From Botryllus schlosseri (lineage: Eukaryota): a stretch of DNA of 64,000 nucleotides. A program made the translations under genes and the position numbers. Below the pieces are notes generated by a model. That model did no database searches and was not told the origin of the DNA. It saw only the letters and a list, made by a program, of their open reading frames with translations. This document shows, in pieces, positions 63,738 to 64,000 of this stretch (position 1 is the first letter of the stretch; every line of letters starts with the position of its first letter). The DNA lies in the NCBI GenBank assembly GCA_051294905.1, contig CM119373.1:30876001-30940000 (forward strand), read 5' to 3'.

Positions 63738-64000
63738 GGCGAAGGGGAGCAGTACATGACGCACGAGCAATCTCGTCAATAGAAGTGGCCGCCGCAGAGC
63801 GTTGGAGCTGATCAAGTTGCGACATTGGCTGACTGCCCGACCAGTGTCCGAGGGCGTCGCTATTGTCCGCACCATACTTGACAGCGCGGTGTCGTAGTTC
63901 CGACTGGCTGGCGAGGACCTGAACAGATCTGAAGCCTTGTGTTGCCTCCTACGCGCAGTTATTGTGTTGCCTCCAACGCGCAGCGATTGAGGCCCGAGCG

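Overview
AT-rich eukaryotic genomic DNA from a transposon-saturated region. It is animal and invertebrate-like, with short GT-AG introns; the species cannot be determined from this window. All calls come from reading and aligning by eye; no database searches were run. (1) Host content is a small tandem family of intronless four-transmembrane CD20/MS4A-like genes: one full ORF (3188-3763), one ORF with a truncated tail (32086-32517) and two pseudogenes (~5348, ~37659). (2) A ~13.5-kb EnSpm/CACTA-type element (13542-27008, CCCAG termini, 2-bp TSD) carries a transposase and a spliced DUF4806-like gene. (3) Its transposase is interrupted by a young 3.1-kb Ty3/Gypsy element with 245-bp LTRs differing at 2 sites and a 5-bp TSD. 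This element has an in-frame gag-to-RT deletion and no tRNA primer site. Instead, a 15-nt segment after the 5' LTR is perfectly complementary to a sequence inside its own LTR, which points to self-priming. (4) There is a second, non-autonomous CCCAG element (46711-54343). (5) About 20 hAT-type non-autonomous elements have 8-bp TSDs and are nested up to three deep; one is a 660-bp fold-back. (6) Near the 3' end lie a decayed zinc-finger-rich, probably R2-superfamily retroelement, a C2H2 pseudo-exon and many short tandem duplications. No rRNA, tRNA or CRISPR was found.
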